Shown: in pieces, positions 33,145-37,575 of the stretch
How the letters are laid out: every line of letters starts with the position of its first letter
Numbering within the stretch: position 1 is the stretch's first letter
Origin: a virus
Taxonomy: Duplodnaviria; Caudoviricetes
Virus record (IMG/VR): IMGVR_UViG_3300017780_004173
Coordinates: 1-37,575 of that record
Strand: one strand, 5' to 3'
DNA length: 37,575 nucleotides
Position numbers and translations under genes: made by a program
Notes under the pieces: model-generated
The model's database searches: none
What the model saw: only the letters and a program-made list of their open reading frames with translations
What the model was told of the DNA's origin: nothing

Positions 33145-34530
33145 TTAGTAGAAGACTGAGGTGATTACGACTAACCCTGCAGTACCCGCACCTCCTGCAG
33201 TATCGTTCGAGCCGTTCCCGGCAATGACTGCCCCTGAACCTCCTGCTCCGTACCCAGTTCCTACGACACCTGCGACCTCGCCCGCATCTCTAGCTGTCTG
33301 TTGAGAGCCACCGTATCCGAAGAAGCTGTTGCCCCCATATCCCCCTATACCGATTGATGCAGTAGTAGCTCCAGAGTTTGCAATTCCTGTACCACCAGTA
33401 CTGCCTTGTATCTTCAAGTCTCCAGTAGTGCATGTACCACCAGTACCACCAACAGATGGAACTGCGTCAGTTCCTCCAGTACCACCTGCAGCAGAGACAT
33501 GAGTGCCAAATGAGGTAGTGCCACCGGTACCCCCTGTACCACCCGTTGCTGCTCCTGCTGTGCCTGCTGCACCAATAGTCACCGTAACAGTTGAAGCAAT
33601 AGCTGCTGCGGGAATTACAGAGCGACAATACGCACCGCCACCGCCGCCACCTGCGCCTCTACCTCCAGTCGTGGTACCGCCTCCGCCTCCTCCTCCTGCA
33701 ACTGCTTCAATTATTAAGAACTTGAGGTTAGACGGCTTGGTCCACGTTCCTGTGGTGGTAGTTGCATAAACCGTGGTACTTGCAAAGGTTGAGGTTGCAG
33801 TGCCTGAAAACGAAAGGTTCTTAGTGAAGACTTCGGGCATGAAGTTTGCATCTATAGTGCCTCCACTCCCCGTCACCACCACCTTATTCGCCGCTGTTGC
33901 GCTGTTGTAGGTACTCGTTGCGTATTGTGCCTGAAGTACGAGAGGCCCTGAGCCACCTGACACCGTACTCGCTGCTTGCTCCGCTGCCGTTGCAAGCTCT
34001 GAGATACCCTTAGCAGCCTCTGTGGCTGTGACTGAGCCAGCAAACGATGCAGCGTTTACAAAGTCATAAATATCCTCGTAAATCTGTGGGGGATTCGAGA
34101 GAATGACCGTTGAACCCCCTGCATGAACGAATTTAAGAGTCGTTGAGGCGGTGTACGGCGTAATAGGAGAGAGACCGCGAGTACAACCAGAAAGGGTCAC
34201 AGTGCCTCCCGTGTTTGTTCCTACAGTAGTACACGATGCGAATTCTTGCTTCGTTCTGTTTCCTGGCTCTATTGTTATATAAAATGTAGCATCGAGGTCA
34301 GCGTCCTGAATAGGGTAGCTGTTCTGGGGAAGCGTGAATGAAGTGAGTACGATTGATGTCGCAGACGAAGAAATGCCAGACCCTGCAAGGAAGTAAGGAA
34401 AGGTTCCTGCAAGATTTATAGATGTTGTGGAGCCAAACTCTATAGGTGGCTCTACTGGCGGCTGGTATATTCCAAGGAATGAACCTATTGAGAGTGCTAC
34501 ACCAGTTACAAAGGAGAGAATTTCATTCAT
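33145..34530 (-). CDS. Tail protein with glycine-rich C-terminal domain
   Basis: TRGL..H..GS.V N-domain, GISELAT repeat, GTWTKP..AVAGGGGGG glycine-rich domain; hydrophobic N-terminus; TATACT-7 nt-ATG. Confidence 0.75.
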   Translation of the reverse strand: MNEILSFVTGVALSIGSFLGIYQPPVEPPIEFGSTTSINLAGTFPYFLAGSGISSSATSIVLTSFTLPQNSYPIQDADLDATFYITIEPGNRTKQEFASCTTVGTNTGGTVTLSGCTRGLSPITPYTASTTLKFVHAGGSTVILSNPPQIYEDIYDFVNAASFAGSVTATEAAKGISELATAAEQAASTVSGGSGPLVLQAQYATSTYNSATAANKVVVTGSGGTIDANFMPEVFTKNLSFSGTATSTFASTTVYATTTTGTWTKPSNLKFLIIEAVAGGGGGGGTTTGGRGAGGGGGGAYCRSVIPAAAIASTVTVTIGAAGTAGAATGGTGGTGGTTSFGTHVSAAGGTGGTDAVPSVGGTGGTCTTGDLKIQGSTGGTGIANSGATTASIGIGGYGGNSFFGYGGSQQTARDAGEVAGVVGTGYGAGGSGAVIAGNGSNDTAGGAGTAGLVVITSVFY

Positions 34531-34576
34531 ATTGATAAGTATAAAGTAATAATGGTCAAGTGTCTCATGTTAATAA

Positions 34577-36421
34577 CTACCTACGTATCACACTGTCCCG
34601 CTTAGAGGAAAGTGTGGTATTTGGGCCTCGTGAAAGAATGCTCCAGTAAGCATCTACCTGCTCACTTTCGTATTTCTCTTGTATTTCATGGTAATCCTCC
34701 TTGGGCATTTCAAACACCACACGATACTTCAGGGTATTTTCAGGCTCCACCGAAGCCCCTCCTAATGGATTCGTGCCAAAAGGGGACTGACCAAGCGAAG
34801 CAAGTGATGCATTTTCAAACACAATCCCCGCGTCAGCACCATCTATAGTCTTTTGTATGTTGCCTGAATCTCCACCAAAGTCGTAATACAGAGTCGCGGT
34901 GAAGTCTGTCCCTGCGGTTATCTTTCCTTCAAGGTAAAACTCATCGTGAGTCTTTAGTTTTTCTCTGTCGCCAAAGTTGCGGTAGGCAAACAGAGCAATA
35001 GAGTGAATTGCAAACTTATCTTCTACTGCCATGTCAGTATATTCACCGTCTGAAGTGCCGTAAAAGAGCCTGTATGATTCAGGGACAGAGTTTGAGTGGC
35101 CGTAAAGTGCTCCGTCAATCGTAGAGAGTGGGCCAACGGGGAACGTCTGCGGTGGTTGCCAGTATCGTTCTATCTTTCCATTCTCGTTTTCGTCCCACAC
35201 AAGCATATAGAGCTTGGAATTGACGTTAGAGGTAATATGAAGGGTGTTTTTGAACCAATGTCCCACACATCCAGTCCAATCTTCGTCATCAAAATCAGGC
35301 TGGATAGGGTTTGAGTAGGTTTTTGGGTCTATTCCCGCGAGTACCTGTGGGTCAGTGATAATTCTGAGAGCAGGTTCGTAGGATATATACGCTAATTCGT
35401 CGCCTATTGAGACAATACAGTCAGGTGAAATCGCTGCTTGGTCTACTCCACTCTGTATTTTCTTTACTTTCAGTGTCTCTGAGAGGGTAGAACCTACGGT
35501 TATCTGTGCGTATTCTGTTTTGTACACCCCATTTCGTCCTGCAAAAATAACGAGCACCTGTCCCACACTACCAAAGCCTCCTGCGGGGTCTTCAAGGGAC
35601 AAAAGTGCGCCCTCACCTGGAAGTCTTGGGGTAGAGAACGCAAAATCCTTGAAATCAGTGTTTTTTGAGATGAAAACTTCCTGGTCGTCCTCCGAACCGA
35701 GCACAAGTTGATTCTCATGGACATGGATAGTGTGATTATTACGTCCTGCTGCTGGTTCACTCGCGTTTGTGACTACTTTCTGTATCAAAACATCTCCTGC
35801 AATGAGTCCTGTAGTATCAGCAATGCCTGTTAGGGTGGTGGTTCCTGTTCCACCTGTGTATGTGTACTCTGTCCCTGTGCGTACACAGAAAAGAGTCATG
35901 TTGCGGGTCGCGTAGAATCTATTCTCTGCAAATGTGGGGGTGCCAGTCTTCGTGATAGTTGTACCAGTGATAGATGAGACTACAGCAACACCACCACTCC
36001 ACTCATACACGTTTGCGCTCCCTTGAATAAACAAGAACAGGTCAAGGTTTTCAGTAGTATCCCACCACAAAGCCGAACGTACTTTTGCAGTAGTAGAGAG
36101 TCCGTTGAAAACCCTAGTCCATGCTGCTACCGATGTCCCGTCTACCGTGTCTAAGTACGCCTCTAATTCATCGTCATACTGTCTTGTAGGTAATTCTGTA
36201 CCTGTGGAGGTATTCCACGTCTTTGCCGTCCTAACGGGCGTGAGGGCCGAATTTGAGGCTCCTAGACGGGTATATCCAGCTCTAGTCTTTACCTGTCTCT
36301 GTTGGTCTATAAGTACGTTTTTAGAGCCACTCACCAAGTAGCGAGCATCTTCGTTTGTCTCATCGGTACTCGTTCGGTACCCGAGGCATTCATCAAGAAG
36401 TTGAAACTTGGTGGTAGACAT
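34577..36421 (-). CDS. Packaged-DNA stabilisation / tail nozzle protein (P22 gp10-like)
   Basis: 614 aa beta-rich, SKNVLID..VKTRAGY start, position after the adaptor. Confidence 0.65.
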   Translation of the reverse strand: MSTTKFQLLDECLGYRTSTDETNEDARYLVSGSKNVLIDQQRQVKTRAGYTRLGASNSALTPVRTAKTWNTSTGTELPTRQYDDELEAYLDTVDGTSVAAWTRVFNGLSTTAKVRSALWWDTTENLDLFLFIQGSANVYEWSGGVAVVSSITGTTITKTGTPTFAENRFYATRNMTLFCVRTGTEYTYTGGTGTTTLTGIADTTGLIAGDVLIQKVVTNASEPAAGRNNHTIHVHENQLVLGSEDDQEVFISKNTDFKDFAFSTPRLPGEGALLSLEDPAGGFGSVGQVLVIFAGRNGVYKTEYAQITVGSTLSETLKVKKIQSGVDQAAISPDCIVSIGDELAYISYEPALRIITDPQVLAGIDPKTYSNPIQPDFDDEDWTGCVGHWFKNTLHITSNVNSKLYMLVWDENENGKIERYWQPPQTFPVGPLSTIDGALYGHSNSVPESYRLFYGTSDGEYTDMAVEDKFAIHSIALFAYRNFGDREKLKTHDEFYLEGKITAGTDFTATLYYDFGGDSGNIQKTIDGADAGIVFENASLASLGQSPFGTNPLGGASVEPENTLKYRVVFEMPKEDYHEIQEKYESEQVDAYWSILSRGPNTTLSSKRDSVIRR

Positions 36422-36423
36422 AC

Positions 36424-37575
36424 TTAGTACTGGAAGCGAGGCTTGGAGCCGTAACTACTTACCTGCTTCTTGCTCTCACTTGGGTGTTCTGCACGGTACA
36501 TTGCATAGAGTCCAGCACGTCCCGATACATCGAGTGCGGAAGGGTCGCCATGTAGCTCTTTCTTGGCAAAGCCTATGTCAAAGTCTGAATCAGACCCCTC
36601 TACCTGTTGAGCCATAGCAATAAGTGTCTCTAATAGGTAGATTTGCATTGAATCGTTATCGAGCACAATTAGGTCATCGTCAGTTGTTGGCTGGGTGATA
36701 AAGGTGCCTGCCGTGGTCTTGAACAGAAACTTTGAGTAGTACTTGATGTCAAACGGGAAGCCAATACCGAATAGAATGTTATCTACACGAATATCTGCAA
36801 TGGCACCTGTTGATGCAACGGTGAGCCTGAATGAATCTACGAGTGTCGGGTCTACTGTTCCTGTTTCTGTGGCGGTGCTCCATGGGAAAGAGAGGATATT
36901 CCAGCCAGCTTTGAACGCTGTGCCATCCGCTTGGGTAGTTTGCGCTACGCTAGTCCAGTACTTTGTGGTGATGTCATTGCCCCAACGAGCAGTGACACTT
37001 GTCAGAGCTGCCACAGTTGGAAAATACACAGGAATAATAACCGTTCCCACTTCATCCTCTTCTGTGAGGTCTATTGCCGTCTGCCCTATATTGCTTATAC
37101 CGTCCCCTGTAGCTGCCAAATCAAAGCGTACAGAACCTCCACCTGAATACTTGTAGATAGTATCTGTTTGAATACCTGACGCGGTTGCTACGGCAATCCA
37201 GGTGCCATTCCCGTCATAGGAATCGTTTGAATTGAGGAGCTTTGATGTACGCTGCCGCCAATTTATGCGCATCATCTTTGTTCCGTCTCGTGCTTCAATA
37301 GTGAACTGTTTATCGTCTAATTTCTTCCGTCTGTCGAAATTTTCTGCAAATCCACGAGTACCCTGGTCAAAACTATTACGTTCTGCCTGGGGACTTAGGT
37401 CAATGATTGAGTGGAAGTCCGAGGGAAGAGCGTAGTTATAGAGGTCGTCGTGTACCGTCTGCGTAAGTCCCGCAAGCCTGATAGTCTCAAGAGGTTTAAT
37501 CTTGGCTAGCATCGTGTTCGCTGCACGGTTATACGCATAGTACGGGTTGCGTACCTTGTTTAGTGACCCCCCATG
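36424..37575 (-). CDS. Head-tail adaptor-like virion protein, 5' end outside the window
   Basis: Frame is open from the window edge (HGGSLNKVRNP...); YALPSDF motif, inserted beta domain, acidic C-terminus. Confidence 0.65.
   Translation of the reverse strand, partial: HGGSLNKVRNPYYAYNRAANTMLAKIKPLETIRLAGLTQTVHDDLYNYALPSDFHSIIDLSPQAERNSFDQGTRGFAENFDRRKKLDDKQFTIEARDGTKMMRINWRQRTSKLLNSNDSYDGNGTWIAVATASGIQTDTIYKYSGGGSVRFDLAATGDGISNIGQTAIDLTEEDEVGTVIIPVYFPTVAALTSVTARWGNDITTKYWTSVAQTTQADGTAFKAGWNILSFPWSTATETGTVDPTLVDSFRLTVASTGAIADIRVDNILFGIGFPFDIKYYSKFLFKTTAGTFITQPTTDDDLIVLDNDSMQIYLLETLIAMAQQVEGSDSDFDIGFAKKELHGDPSALDVSGRAGLYAMYRAEHPSESKKQVSSYGSKPRFQY

Noticed and set aside
33180-33700. CCACC/CCTCC low-complexity repeats
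   Set aside because: Explained by glycine codons of the glycine-rich tail domain
1-37575. Alternative genetic code (TGA or TAG recoding)
   Set aside because: Long genes are intact in the standard code, and TAA, TAG and TGA all end genes with tight coupling to the next start

Overview
Nearly complete genome of a small tailed phage with P22/Sf6-like podovirus architecture, standard genetic code. The minus strand carries portal, large and small terminase, a phage GroEL, NinG, a DnaC-like loader and a replication initiator. It also carries a lysis block (M23 peptidase, papain-like peptidase, holin, transglycosylase), tail and ejection proteins and a gp10-like stabilisation protein. The plus strand carries an early arm with an HTH regulator, a single-strand annealing protein, a YqaJ exonuclease, an SSB-like protein, HNH nucleases, a NinB-like protein, an RHH regulator and many small ORFs. 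Scaffold and capsid genes are absent and would fall just beyond the window ends if the genome is circular; no integrase is seen. The host is possibly Patescibacteria/CPR (inference only). Main unexplained structure: (1) a ~1 kb minus-strand array of six stem-enclosed RNA units at 8835-9821, two of them tRNA-like with an insertion splitting the T-loop; (2) two copies of a covarying switch/pseudoknot leader in front of the replication and groEL operons; (3) an accessory arm whose small genes are built from and bounded by shared 13-40 bp microhomology blocks; (4) tail-module proteins with N-terminal export signals. All structure calls were made by eye; no searches or folding programs were run.
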